Below are positions 41,298-51,860 of a DNA stretch of 64,000 bases, in pieces. Made by a program: the position numbers and the translations under genes. The stretch comes from Microcoleus sp. (GTDB lineage Bacteria; Cyanobacteriota; Cyanobacteriia; Cyanobacteriales; Microcoleaceae): the NCBI GenBank assembly GCA_042408215.1, contig JAYFMW010000003.1, positions 416,001 through 480,000 of the forward strand, given 5' to 3'. Under the pieces are notes generated by a model that was not told the origin of the DNA, did not search any database, and saw nothing but the letters and a program-made list of their open reading frames with translations. How positions within the stretch are numbered: the first letter of the stretch is position 1; every line of letters begins with the position of its first letter.

Positions 41298-42143
41298 ATG
41301 AGCACCGAGAGAACAGAGGCAAGAATTGCTCGCATTCTTGCGAAGAGCGACATTACATTTACTCGCATCGCCGGACAACCTGACAAGAAGCCGTCCGAGC
41401 AAAGCCACTTCGACGTTTATGAGCTCACGCTCGACAAGGATGACGAACCAGTCAAAATATTGATTTCCGGCAGCCAGCCGTTTATCGCCTTGCAGGCTAG
41501 TCTGCTGCCAGCAATTCAGCAGCTAATTAGGGCTGAAATTGAGCGCGCTGATTTGGCTCAACTTGTCGGTTATCCGTACGGCGATTACGTCGAACAGCAC
41601 GTCGCCCCCGCGAGCGTGCAAATTCACTGGCGGTTGTCCGGCACTCGCCCCTACGAACCGGCAAAGCTAATTCGCAAACTCGGAGGAAAAAAGCCGCCGA
41701 CACCGTACCTGACTATCCCAAACATCCACCGCAGCAAATGCACTTGGGAAAATATTTTAGCAGCGGCGGGTGGCGAGAACGGTTACACGTACGGCGGACA
41801 CTATGCCGTCGCTTTGATGGGAGACAAAACAACCGACGCAAAAATCGGCAAAGGCGGCCAGATGAAAGCCTATGCCAACTCGAAAGGGGCGGCGACTGAG
41901 TTAGTAGAACGCGCTGCCGAATTGAGCAAGTCCCGCGTTTTGCGGCTGGTGCACGGGGAAGAAGTGCGATCGACTAAATTAAAAATGCGAGTATTTCCCG
42001 CGTGGTTTTTAATCTTCAACTCTCGGCTCGCACAGGAAAACCGCGAGCTAAACATCAGGACAGACACCGGGCAGAAAATCCAACTCGGTTACAAACCGGC
42101 AGATGTTCGCGAGGTTATCCGCAAGTGTTTAGAGAAGGGTTAG
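41298..42143 (+). CDS. Hypothetical protein
   Basis: 281-aa ORF in the same operon. Confidence 0.75.
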   Translation: MSTERTEARIARILAKSDITFTRIAGQPDKKPSEQSHFDVYELTLDKDDEPVKILISGSQPFIALQASLLPAIQQLIRAEIERADLAQLVGYPYGDYVEQHVAPASVQIHWRLSGTRPYEPAKLIRKLGGKKPPTPYLTIPNIHRSKCTWENILAAAGGENGYTYGGHYAVALMGDKTTDAKIGKGGQMKAYANSKGAATELVERAAELSKSRVLRLVHGEEVRSTKLKMRVFPAWFLIFNSRLAQENRELNIRTDTGQKIQLGYKPADVREVIRKCLEKG

Positions 42144-42186
42144 CGGCAGTCAGTCTAAATAGAACTTGTGCGATTCCCAATATTCC

Positions 42187-42828
42187 TTATTTTTTGTTTC
42201 CAATGACTGTGCTACCCGGCTCTATGCGATAATCTGGTGTCGGCTCGCCCCAACACTCAAAATCTTCAAACAGCTCAGGGCGCCGCTCTAGATACCAATG
42301 CCAAGCACCCTCCCACCATTTCCAAGCCTGCCAAAAAACGTGAGGAATGATTGAGCGATCGACATGATATCCTTGAGCGTCTCGATGCCATTGGAGCGAG
42401 CAAGCGTTAGCGTATCCATATTTTGCGTAGGTAAAAGCGTATTGGTGAGGAACACAAACCTCGCAGCCGTTACTTAGAGGCAGCGGTACGGACTCAATAA
42501 ATCCATCTCTGGTTACTAATACTTTTAGATATCCTTGACACGTCAAAGGGATATCGACGGGCATCGCTTCGGCCTGCACTTGATTATCCCGATACCAACC
42601 AAATACTGAATCTCCCTCCCTATATAAAGAGCCGGGAGTGAATCGATTCTTAATCCAGTCGGGCAAATGGTCAAATTCTGCTAGGACTTCTTTAATTAGT
42701 TCAAGTGTATTCGATTCTGTCGAAGTGTTAACGGTTCTTGTTATTACTCCTTTGGCACGACTTGCCTCGATTGGGAATGTGGTAGCTATGTATTTTTCGA
42801 TTGCTTTTCTAAACTTGACTTTAAACAT
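42187..42828 (-). CDS. Hypothetical Trp-rich protein
   Basis: 213-aa ATG ORF, more AT-rich than its neighbours. Confidence 0.6.
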   Translation of the reverse strand: MFKVKFRKAIEKYIATTFPIEASRAKGVITRTVNTSTESNTLELIKEVLAEFDHLPDWIKNRFTPGSLYREGDSVFGWYRDNQVQAEAMPVDIPLTCQGYLKVLVTRDGFIESVPLPLSNGCEVCVPHQYAFTYAKYGYANACSLQWHRDAQGYHVDRSIIPHVFWQAWKWWEGAWHWYLERRPELFEDFECWGEPTPDYRIEPGSTVIGNKK

Positions 42829-43229
42829 TTTTCATTGTATTTTTTCCATCGTTCCATTATATTCCACCGACGACAATGACTAAACTTTAAATCAATACTC
42901 ATTTTTTTTGCCAAATCTAGTGCAATTAGTGGGGTAAATCCTCCTCATATTTGACACCCGCGCCGAGGGTTTATTTCATCAACTGTCGCGATGTATTTAG
43001 AATCCTCGCCCGGTGTCTTCATGTCGCGGTAGTAGTATGTGTGAAGTGAGTAATATTCGCCGCAAATTACCTTTCCTATTTATTCAGATTTCCAAATCTT
43101 GATCGAGTGACATTTGTATAGCATTGCTTGTCTAGTATGGTGCTAGCGGTGCGCTAGTATGCCGGCGGCGAGCGACGGAAATTAGTTACAAAGAATTACT
43201 GGGTAAGTGATTTTATAACTGCCGCCGTG

Positions 43230-43820
43230 CTATTTTTCCCACAACGTCCTAAATCGCGCTGGATCGAGCGCGGTATATCGGACAGTGTGTTCGATCGACC
43301 TATGACCCAAATACTCTTGAATCAGTCGCGTGTCGTTGCCTTGTGCGGTCAGGGCATAGCCGCAACTGTGCCGCAACATATGGTGATGAAAAGGTATTTC
43401 GAGTTTTGCGATCGCACAAACCGCCGCAAGTGCTTTCGTCACACCGTCGCGAGTCAGCACTAGACCCGTCCGACTCGTAAACATCCAAGGGCTTTTGGTC
43501 GGTTGGCGCGATCGCAACTTGGTACAAAGTCGGCACTCATCCGCCATCATTGGATGCACTCCAGAATTACTTCCCTTGAGTCGGTGAATGTGGATGCGGG
43601 CCTCTTCCAGTTCTATTTGCTCCCACTTCAATCCGATTAGCTCACTGATTCTCAGGCCGTGGCGGTAACTTAGCAGTATAATTAAGTAGTTGCGAGTAGC
43701 TAAGAAAGTATCTTTATTTGCCTTTGTCGCCGTCAACAGGCGTGTTATCTCGGATTCTAGCAGGTATTCTCTATCCCTCCGAGAAGCGTTGGTCGGTCTC
43801 CCTGCTCTGCAATTAACCAT
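43230..43820 (-). CDS. Small tyrosine recombinase (FimB/FimE-like, catalytic domain only)
   Basis: HGLRISE, RLKGS, HMLRHSCG, LGHRSI..TVRY (R-K-H-R-H-Y intact). Confidence 0.93.
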   Translation of the reverse strand: MVNCRAGRPTNASRRDREYLLESEITRLLTATKANKDTFLATRNYLIILLSYRHGLRISELIGLKWEQIELEEARIHIHRLKGSNSGVHPMMADECRLCTKLRSRQPTKSPWMFTSRTGLVLTRDGVTKALAAVCAIAKLEIPFHHHMLRHSCGYALTAQGNDTRLIQEYLGHRSIEHTVRYTALDPARFRTLWEK

Positions 43821-44046
43821 AAAATCTTAGTCAATTCCTACATTTGAAAGGCTTGTATCTGCGTTGTTTTGCGAGATTGCGCTCTGCATAACACACATTT
43901 TGTATAGTTTAACCCGTGAGAGTGTAGGAAGTGCTGGAACTATCGGTATGTCAAGGATTTGAGACGCGCAGCGCTTGCAGTTTGGGGGATTTTTAGGGCA
44001 ACGCCAGGAGCCGATCGGGCGATAGCCATTAAGCGGACTCTACTGA

Positions 44047-44295
44047 TTAAGTTTTACCGCCAATCAATTTTAATTCATCCGCCGTGTAAACTGTCCGCTG
44101 GTAATCGCACCTCGACTCAACGCACTGCTCTATCCCGTCAACCGAAAGCATCCCTAGCAACGTTTTGCCACACTTAGGGCACCTTCTCAAAAAACATTTT
44201 GTTACCCAGACACCGCCGATATTGATTTGTCGTAAGTATGCACCGTGCCGCGCGTACTTTTTAGCGAGATTGTGTTCGATTGTTGCTGCTGACAT
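44047..44295 (-). CDS. Small Zn-ribbon protein
   Basis: CPKC...C....C; ATG 14 nt from the element boundary. Confidence 0.6.
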   Translation of the reverse strand: MSAATIEHNLAKKYARHGAYLRQINIGGVWVTKCFLRRCPKCGKTLLGMLSVDGIEQCVESRCDYQRTVYTADELKLIGGKT

Positions 44296-44478
44296 AAGAA
44301 CAGGGGATTCCCATCAGTTTGCGCGGCAGGAGTGATATCAAATCCGTTGGTATCGTCCTGTATTCATCTCTCTCTTCTCTTCCTCTGCGGTCTCTGCGGT
44401 CTCTGCGGTTTAATCATTCCGAAACAACCGTAAACGAGAGGACCAATGTTTCGACACTAATGAACAGAACCTCTATAT

Positions 44479-44652
44479 TAGACATCTCCAAGAATTATAG
44501 CAGTTTTCAATCGGATGAAATACAGCAGACGGCTGTAGGGACACGACTGCCTGGTCACCTACCGGACATCTGTACTTCACTCAACTGAGAAATGCTATAT
44601 TGTGGAACAGGCCGGACAGCCTGTTCAAGACAGGCTGTTCTGGAGATGTCTA
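44479..44652. mobile_element. Nested MITEs: outer TAGACATCTCCA TIR element containing an inner TA-flanked element (44498-44597)
   Basis: TAGACATCTCCA...TGGAGATGTCTA; inner TAGCAGTTTTCA...TGAGAAATGCTA with TA on both sides, similar to 11716-11819. Confidence 0.8.
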
Positions 44653-44718
44653 TTCAAGTCAGTCGGCGTTGCCGATCATCCGCCAGACGCCGACTCCGGG
44701 AATCAATGCACAAAGGAC

Positions 44719-46642
44719 TTACATACAAAATCTCACTTTTTGCGATCCTTCAATCATGCTTAGGGCAAATTCAGCAGAAGTGAACTCTTTTTCATTTGTA
44801 TTATTTAACTTGGCTAGATTACCTGCTAACGCCTGAATATCAATCACTCCCCCAACTTGGCCTTTACAAGAAACATTGATCTTTTCATCTCCCTGTTCGC
44901 CACTAAGTTTTCGCAATCCTTTTGTAATCTTAACTGTTTCAGATGCTGCTATTTGGTCAATGGGATCTACGCCACAATTCACTGATTGTGACTTGAGAGA
45001 AAGGTCAACCGTCTTCACCTCTCCCTTAAACAAGCAGAGTAATATATTATCTGACAGCCGCTCCCTTCGGAGGATGGTCAGTTTATGCTTAGGGTTAGCA
45101 ACACTTTTATCTTTGATGAGAGTGCTATAACCTTCTATTTCTAAACCTGGCCAGCCTGATACTACCTCTGAATGTAACAACAAGCCAGTAATTAATTCAT
45201 CTGCTTTAATTTCTGAAGTGCCAGAGCGAGTTGTAGTATCTGTTTTTAAGTCGGATGAAGTCACTCGCCCCATGCTAAAAGCTCCATCTTGCAAGCAGTC
45301 AACCCAATAAGAATCTACCCAAAAGAAACGGAGAGCTTCTGGCGGGAGTAAGCGTTCGGCGGGGACGAGATAGTTAAAAGGAATGCCTTTGAGAAGTTCT
45401 AAATCGGCGAACCAATTGGCGATCGCCTCCGGTAGGTTAACGTTACTATCATTGGCTTCCCCTTGGAAAGGCAGGTGCAGTACCTGTAACTGCAACTGGT
45501 TGAGATTTTGAGCATTAGCTCGCTTCCAATTAAACAACTCAACAGCAAGGCGTTGGTTTTGGAGAGTTAGCATTCGCCCTAATTCCCAAGCAGCAGCGTA
45601 GGAAACATCAAACAGACCGCTATGAGAATCGTAACGCACTAGCGCATCAGCCATTGGAACTGGCTCAGACAGCTTATCTGAGCTTTTACCTGGACTGAGG
45701 GGACTATGATACCAGGAAATAGTTTTATCTCCCTGTCGGAGAGCGTGTGGGAGAGGCACATAGCCCTGCTTTAGGTAGTTGTTAGCCTCACGATTTTGTG
45801 GTTCGGGAAGTTCGGGAAGTCTGAGGGTATCCGGGTTGCGATCGAGATTTTTTACCAATGCCGTAAAATTGTGCTGATTATTGACACAGGTAAAGCTCCA
45901 ACTGGTTAAGCTGACTAAGCGGATTAACTCGTTATCTTTCGCTCCTTGGTAGTCAAACTCTCCTTCTTGTCCTTTTGCTCCTTTATAGCGGTTTTCCAGA
46001 GCCACTAAATGAACTGTACTGGCTTCGCCTGGTTGAGGCAGTCGGTTGCCTAACACGGTTGCTAAAGCTTCACTCAGAGGCTTGCCGTCAGCATCAGTAA
46101 GTTCGTTAATGTGAGCGAGGAGAGCTACCTCTTTTTGGGTAGGGAGAATCTGGGCTAAAAGTTTTTTAGGTACGTCAATAACGGTGAGTTCATCCCCATC
46201 AGTTTGTCCAGATTCTTTAGTGAAACCGGGGAATTTAGCCGCAATGCCTGTGAGGTCTTTTAATTTGATGGTTTGTGGCGTGGGTTTTTCTGATTCTCGA
46301 AATAGTAGGAGGGCTACCCAAGGAAGATCGGAATCATTTGTATTAACCGATCGATCGCTCCCAAGGTAAGGTGCTACGCTTGAGAGTAATGTGCGGCAGC
46401 GCATTGGAATGTTCGCCCAAGTTTCCCGATGGGGGAAAGACTGCGTAAATATCATTCTGAGTTAGCGGGGCAAAACGATGTCCGCTAACAACAAAATCAA
46501 GAATTTGCGAAAATTTCTCCTCGGCTATTTTTCCCGATGTCTTGGTTTTAATTGTTTGCTCAACCGTAACTTTATAGTCGCCGCTGTCTAGGGGTGGTTG
46601 GTTATACTCGATGAATTTAACTTTAAGATTGGACGCAGACAT
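44719..46642 (-). pseudogene. ~640-aa conserved hypothetical protein, frameshifted by a 4-bp duplication
   Basis: TLPWER-SVNT..PWVALL restored by deleting one ATCG at ~46350; SYAAAWELGRML and LRFFWVD motifs. Confidence 0.8.
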
Positions 46643-46711
46643 TGGATTAATCCTCTTGCTAAAAAAAGCGATGGAGTGCTAGGAATTGGTAGTTTTGAGT
46701 GAGCATTTGTT

Positions 46712-48384
46712 TCACTTAACTTGCGGAGCAATTACAAAAGCGTCAGCTACGGAGTTAGTCAGTTGAACGTCTTGGTTGGGTGTGAAGCCGAGAGATTTTG
46801 ACACTCCCCAGCTATCAAGGCGAGGGGATTCTTTGTTCATAGACCCAACTTGCTCAGACAGGATTTCTCCAGCCAAAGTAGAGGTCGAATCTCCCAAAGC
46901 GTTCGGGTCTAGGACCCAAGTTCCGGTATGCCCTACCGTACTCAAGGCTGATTTCAGAATATTAATCGCTGCGTTCCAATCTCTGTCCATAACAAATCCA
47001 CATTCACAAGCGTGGGTTCTTACGGATAGGGATTTTTTTACGATTGCACCGCAGTTAGAACATTTCTGTGACGTGTAGGCAGGATTGACAGCAACTGTTA
47101 CCCGACCAAACTTCACGCCAAAATATTCCAACCACTTTCTGAATTGATACCAACCTGCATCATTAATTGACTTAGCGAGACAGTGATTCTTCACTAGGTT
47201 CTTGATCCTCAAATCGACCTAGGCGACCAAATCGTTAGATTGGATTACGCAACGCGCCAGTCTAGAGGCGTGTTCTTCACGTTGCCTACTTATTTTGAGG
47301 TGTACTCGCCCTAATCGATTAATTGCTTTCTTTCGGTTGGCAGAGCCTTTCTTTTTGCGAGAAACACGGCGTTGTCGAAACTTCAACCGTTTCTCACTTG
47401 TTCGATAAAACTTGGGATTCGGTTCAGTATGACCATCGGAGTCTGTATAAAACTCTTTCAACCCCACGTCCAATCCAACTGTTTTGCCTACGGGCGCTGT
47501 ATCTACATTATTGTCAGCACTGATTGCAAACTGAACATAGTAGCCGTCGGCGCGACGTATTAAGCGAACGCGCTTAATCTGATCGATTTGGTAGAAGTTA
47601 AGATCCCACGTCCCTTTTAGTTTAAGCTTGCCAATTCCCTTTTTGTCGGTGAATGTGATTTGCTTCCGAGTTTCTGAAAGCTTCCAACCACTGACTTTAT
47701 ACTCAACTGAGCGACTGTTTTTCAGGAAAGTCGGATAACCCTTCTTTCCGGGCACAGCTTTCTTGCAGTTGTCGTAGAACCGAGCAATCGCAGAATAAGC
47801 CCTTTCCACAGAGGCTTGGCAAGCACTAGAATTCAAATCTTTGACAAAAGCAAACTCTTCTCTGAGCGCAGTGCTGTGTCGGTACAAGTCTTTTTGCCCT
47901 ATTCCTCGGTTGTCTATCCAAAAGCGGACGCACTTATTCCGAACGAATTGAGCAGTTCTGATTGCCTCGTCTATTGCTGCGTACTGATTTGGTTTGCCTT
48001 TAGCCTTGAATTCTCAAACGAACATTTTACGTGAGAACTCGCTACGCTAAAAGTCTAGCACAAAGCCGTCCTTTTAGGACGGGGCTTTAAACCCAAGTTT
48101 TTGGTAAAAGTTGGTTGCGTAGATTGTTACTGGTACTGGCGATGCTGTTCTTGATAGTAGTTCTGCGGCTTGCATCCGTGGCTGATTTTGCGCTAAAAGC
48201 GGGAATATTTTTCCAAGCGTAGGGATTCTCTGTTGGTTCTATGTCCTATTGCAACTTAGTTACTTCGATGCTTTGAGTGTTGCCAGGTGCAGGCGGTTTG
48301 CCGGGAACAATGCGGAAGCCAGAAAGGGTATTATCTAAAAACTGTTGCTCGTTCGTTTCTGGTGGCAGAAGACGCTCCCCAAAT
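46712..48384 (-). pseudogene. 3' remnant of a large protein gene (DUF6603-like C-terminus), interrupted by an IS
   Basis: Removing 46798-48103 gives ...LSGFRIVPGKPP...RNQLL-QSLGFTPN...APQVK* with one internal TAG; family from memory. Confidence 0.55.
46798..48103 (-). mobile_element. IS200/IS605-family element with a tnpB pseudogene
   Basis: TTAC before a left end similar to the one at 37996; right end GGGGAGTGTCAA; GLDVG and DRDWNAA with stops/frameshifts. Confidence 0.85.
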
Positions 48385-50370
48385 GGGAGTGTGAGCAGTG
48401 AACCCAAAAAATGCACAGATTTCTATTATCTAAGAATATCATGTCAACCGCAAGAAGTCAAGCGATGACCTCGAAAAAAAAAGGCGAATTTTTTGAATTC
48501 TTATTAAGAAAAATTAAGTAAACTTGGTAAGTTCGAGATTGTTGGTATAGATAATTAGGACATAGCACTACGACTTGTTGGTGAACAGAACCTCTATACC
48601 TATCTGCGTACATCAGCGTGGCTCTGCGGTGAAAACCGAGCATTTTGCGATCGCCCACCATCTATCTCTTCGGCCGCGGCCCTAAAAAAGTAACATTTCG
48701 ATATGTTTTTCGGCGCTGACTAGATGTATAATTTAATAATGGGAGTGTGAGCAGTAAAGCCCAAAAATGCACAGATTTCTATTATCTAAGAATATCATGT
48801 CAACCGCAAGAAGTCAAGCGATGACCTCGAAAAAAAAAGGCGAATTTTTTGAATTCTTATTAAGAAAAATTAAGTAAACTTGGTAAGTTCGAGATTGTTG
48901 GTATAGATAATTAGGACATAGCACTACGACTTGTTGGTGAACAGAACCTCTATACCTATCTGCATAGCTCAGCGTGGCTCAGCGGTGAAAACCGAGCATT
49001 TTGCGATCGCCCACCATCTATCTCTTCGGCCGCGGCCCTAAAAAAGTAACATTTCGATATGTTTTTCGGCGCTGACTAGATGTATAATTTAATAATGGGA
49101 GTGTGAGCAGTGAAGCCCAAAAATGCACAGATTTCTATTATCTAAGAATATCATGTCAACCGCAAGAAGTCAAGCGATGACCTCGAAAAAAAAAGGCGAA
49201 TTTTTTGAATTCTTATTAAGAAAAATTAAGTAAACTTGGTAAGTTCGAGATTGTTGGTATAGATAATTAGGACATAGCACTACGACTTGTTGGTGAACAG
49301 AAGCTCTAGATTAAGAAAGATCTGCGTACATCAGCGTGGCTCAGCGGTGAAAACCGAGCATTTTGCGATCGCCCACCATCTATCTCTTCGGCCGCGGCCC
49401 TAAAAAAGTAACATTTCGATATGTTTTTCGGCGCTGACTAGATGTATAATTTAATAATGGGAGTGCGATCGGTAAAGCCCAAAAATGCACAGATTTCTAT
49501 TATCTAAGAATATCATGTCAACCGCAAGAAGTCAAGCGATGACCTCGAAAAAAAAAGGCGAATTTTTTGAATTCTTATTAAGAAAAATTAAGTAAACTTG
49601 GTAAGTTCGAGATTGTTGGTATAGATAATTAGGACATAGCACTACGACTTGTTGGTGAACAGAACCTCTATACCTATCTGCGTAGCTCAGCGTGGCTCAG
49701 CGGTGAAAACCGAGCATTTTGCGATCGCCCACCATCTATCTCTTCGGCCGCGGCCCTAAAAAAGTAACATTTCGATATGTTTTTCGGCGCTGACTAGATG
49801 TATAATTTAATAATGGGAGTGCGATCGGTAAAGCCCAAAAATGCACAGATTTCTATTATCTAAGAATATCATGTCAACCGCAAGAAGTCAAGCGATGACC
49901 TCGAAAAAAAAAGGCGAATTTTTTGAATTCTTATTAAGAAAAATTAAGTAAACTTGGTAAGTTCGAGATTGTTGGTATAGATAATTAGGACATAGCACTA
50001 CGACTTGTTGGTGAACAGAACCTCTATACCTATCTGCATAGCTCAGCGTGGCTCAGCGGTGAAAACCGAGCATTTTGCGATCGCCCACCATCTATCTCTT
50101 CGGCCGCGGCCCTAAAAAAGTAACATTTCGATATGTTTTTCGGCGCTGACTAGATGTATAATTTAATAATGGGAGTGCGATCGGTAAAGCCCAAAAATGC
50201 ACAGATTTCTATTATCTAAGAATATCATGTCAACCGCAAGAAGTCAAGCGATTACCTCGAAAAAAAAAGGCGAATTTTTGAGATATTATTAAGAAAAATT
50301 AAGTAAACTTGGTAAGTTCGAGATTGTTGGTATAGATAATTATGACATACGACTACGACTTGTTTGTGAT
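48382..50370. repeat. Tandem array of ~5.5 copies of a 356-bp unit containing the gor upstream region and a degenerate gor 5' end
   Basis: GGGAGTG anchors at 48385, 48741, 49097, 49459, 49815, 50171 (356,356,362,356,356 bp). Confidence 0.97.
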
Positions 50371-51685
50371 AGGTGCGGGTTCCGGCGGATTAGCGAGTTC
50401 CAAGCGGGCTGCATCCTACGGAGCAAAAGTGGCGATCGCCGAAAACGACTTAGTAGGCGGAACCTGCGTAATTCGCGGCTGCGTGCCCAAAAAACTGATG
50501 GTTTACGCCTCAACATTTTCGCACCTTTATGAAGATGCGATCGGCTACGGTTGGAGCCCAGTAGAAAGCAGCTTCGACTGGGAAAAACTCGTCACCACCG
50601 TAGACACAGAAGTGCGACGACTCAGCAAACTACACATCAGCTTTCTCGAAAAAGCCGGAGTCGAATTAATTTCAGGATACGCCAAATTTATCGATCCTCA
50701 CACCGTCGAAGTTGGTGACAAACAAATCACCGCCGCCAAAATCTTAATCGCTGTCGGCGGTGAAGCCCATCGCATTGACATTCCTGGTATCGAACACGCA
50801 ATTACTTCCCGCGAAATCTTCCTGCTAAAAGAGCAACCAAAACGGTTGGCAATTTGGGGAGGTGGCTACATCGGCGTTGAATTTGCTTGCATCATGAATG
50901 GGTTGGGAAGTCAAGTAACTCAAATCATCCGCCGCGACTTAATTTTGAACGAATTTGATGCAGAAATTCGCACCAACGTCCAAGAAGGAATGGTTAAGCA
51001 CGGAGTTGAATTTTTGACAGGAAGCTCGATCGCACAAATTGAGAAAACCCCAGAAGGCCTAAAATTAACTTTGTCAGGAAAATCCGAAGAAACCTTGACA
51101 GTAGATGCGCTGTTGTGCGCTACCGGGCGTTTACCTAATTTAGAAAAATTGGGTTTAGAAAATGCGGGAGTAGAAACAGATAAAGGTGCGATCTCTGTCA
51201 CCAAAGACAGCCGCACCAGTCAGCCACACATTTTTGCAGTGGGAGACTGTACTAACCGGATTAATTTAACACCAATTGCGATCGCCGAAGGTCGCGCTTT
51301 TGCAGATACTGAATTTGGTAATAACCCCAGATCAATCAGTCATGAAAATGTGGCATCAGCGGTATTTTCCCAGCCGGAAGCTGCTACAGTTGGCTTAACG
51401 GAAGAGTCAGCAAGAGCCAAGTTTCCCGAATCAATCAAGTGTTATACAGCCAAGTTTCGGCCGATGTTTCATGCTTTGACTGGTGCAGATGAGAAGACTT
51501 TTGTCAAGTTAGTTGTTGAAACTAATACTGACAGAGTTTTGGGCGTGCACATGGTGGGGAAAGATGCGGGCGAGATTATTCAAGGCATGGCGATCGCTGT
51601 TAATATGGGAGCTACGAAGAAAGACTTCGATGCAACTATTGGCATTCATCCATCAACTGCTGAGGAGTTTGTGACTCTGCGGTAA
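50342..51685 (+). CDS. gor: Glutathione-disulfide reductase
   Basis: GAGSGG, GGTCVIRGCVPKK, GGGYIGVE, IHPSTAEE. Confidence 0.97.
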   Translation: MTYDYDLFVIGAGSGGLASSKRAASYGAKVAIAENDLVGGTCVIRGCVPKKLMVYASTFSHLYEDAIGYGWSPVESSFDWEKLVTTVDTEVRRLSKLHISFLEKAGVELISGYAKFIDPHTVEVGDKQITAAKILIAVGGEAHRIDIPGIEHAITSREIFLLKEQPKRLAIWGGGYIGVEFACIMNGLGSQVTQIIRRDLILNEFDAEIRTNVQEGMVKHGVEFLTGSSIAQIEKTPEGLKLTLSGKSEETLTVDALLCATGRLPNLEKLGLENAGVETDKGAISVTKDSRTSQPHIFAVGDCTNRINLTPIAIAEGRAFADTEFGNNPRSISHENVASAVFSQPEAATVGLTEESARAKFPESIKCYTAKFRPMFHALTGADEKTFVKLVVETNTDRVLGVHMVGKDAGEIIQGMAIAVNMGATKKDFDATIGIHPSTAEEFVTLR

Positions 51686-51860
51686 ATAGGGCGAAGTCGT
51701 TAGCAGCAGCAGCCAGGGACTTAAGTCCCTGGCTAATAGCTAAAGTCGGTTAAAACCGACTGAAGATTACCATTTTTAATCAGCTTTTCAGGGCGGGCTA
51801 GAAGCCCACCCCACAATAAAATTCAATTTTTGTGGAACAGGCTCTTGCTTGTGATTCTTT

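Larger units (their letters stand above)
28202..44316. mobile_element. Integrated ~16-kb virus-like/integrative element bounded by a CCCATCA direct repeat
   Basis: CCCATCA at 28202-28208 and 44310-44316; recombinase stop 5 nt from one copy, a start codon 14 nt from the other; dense unknown genes, XRE switch, peptidase, tyrosine recombinase. Confidence 0.7.

Noticed and set aside
46712..46797. C-terminal tail of the ORF-track TnpB fragment (KSLGFTPN...)
   Set aside because: Belongs to the interrupted host gene beyond the IS right end, not to TnpB.
50120..50163. NtcA-like site upstream of TATAAT in each array unit
   Set aside because: GTAACATTTCGATAT does not fit GTA-N8-TAC.
48382..50370. Possible CRISPR-like array
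   Set aside because: Units are 356 bp and near-identical throughout, with no unique spacers and no cas genes.
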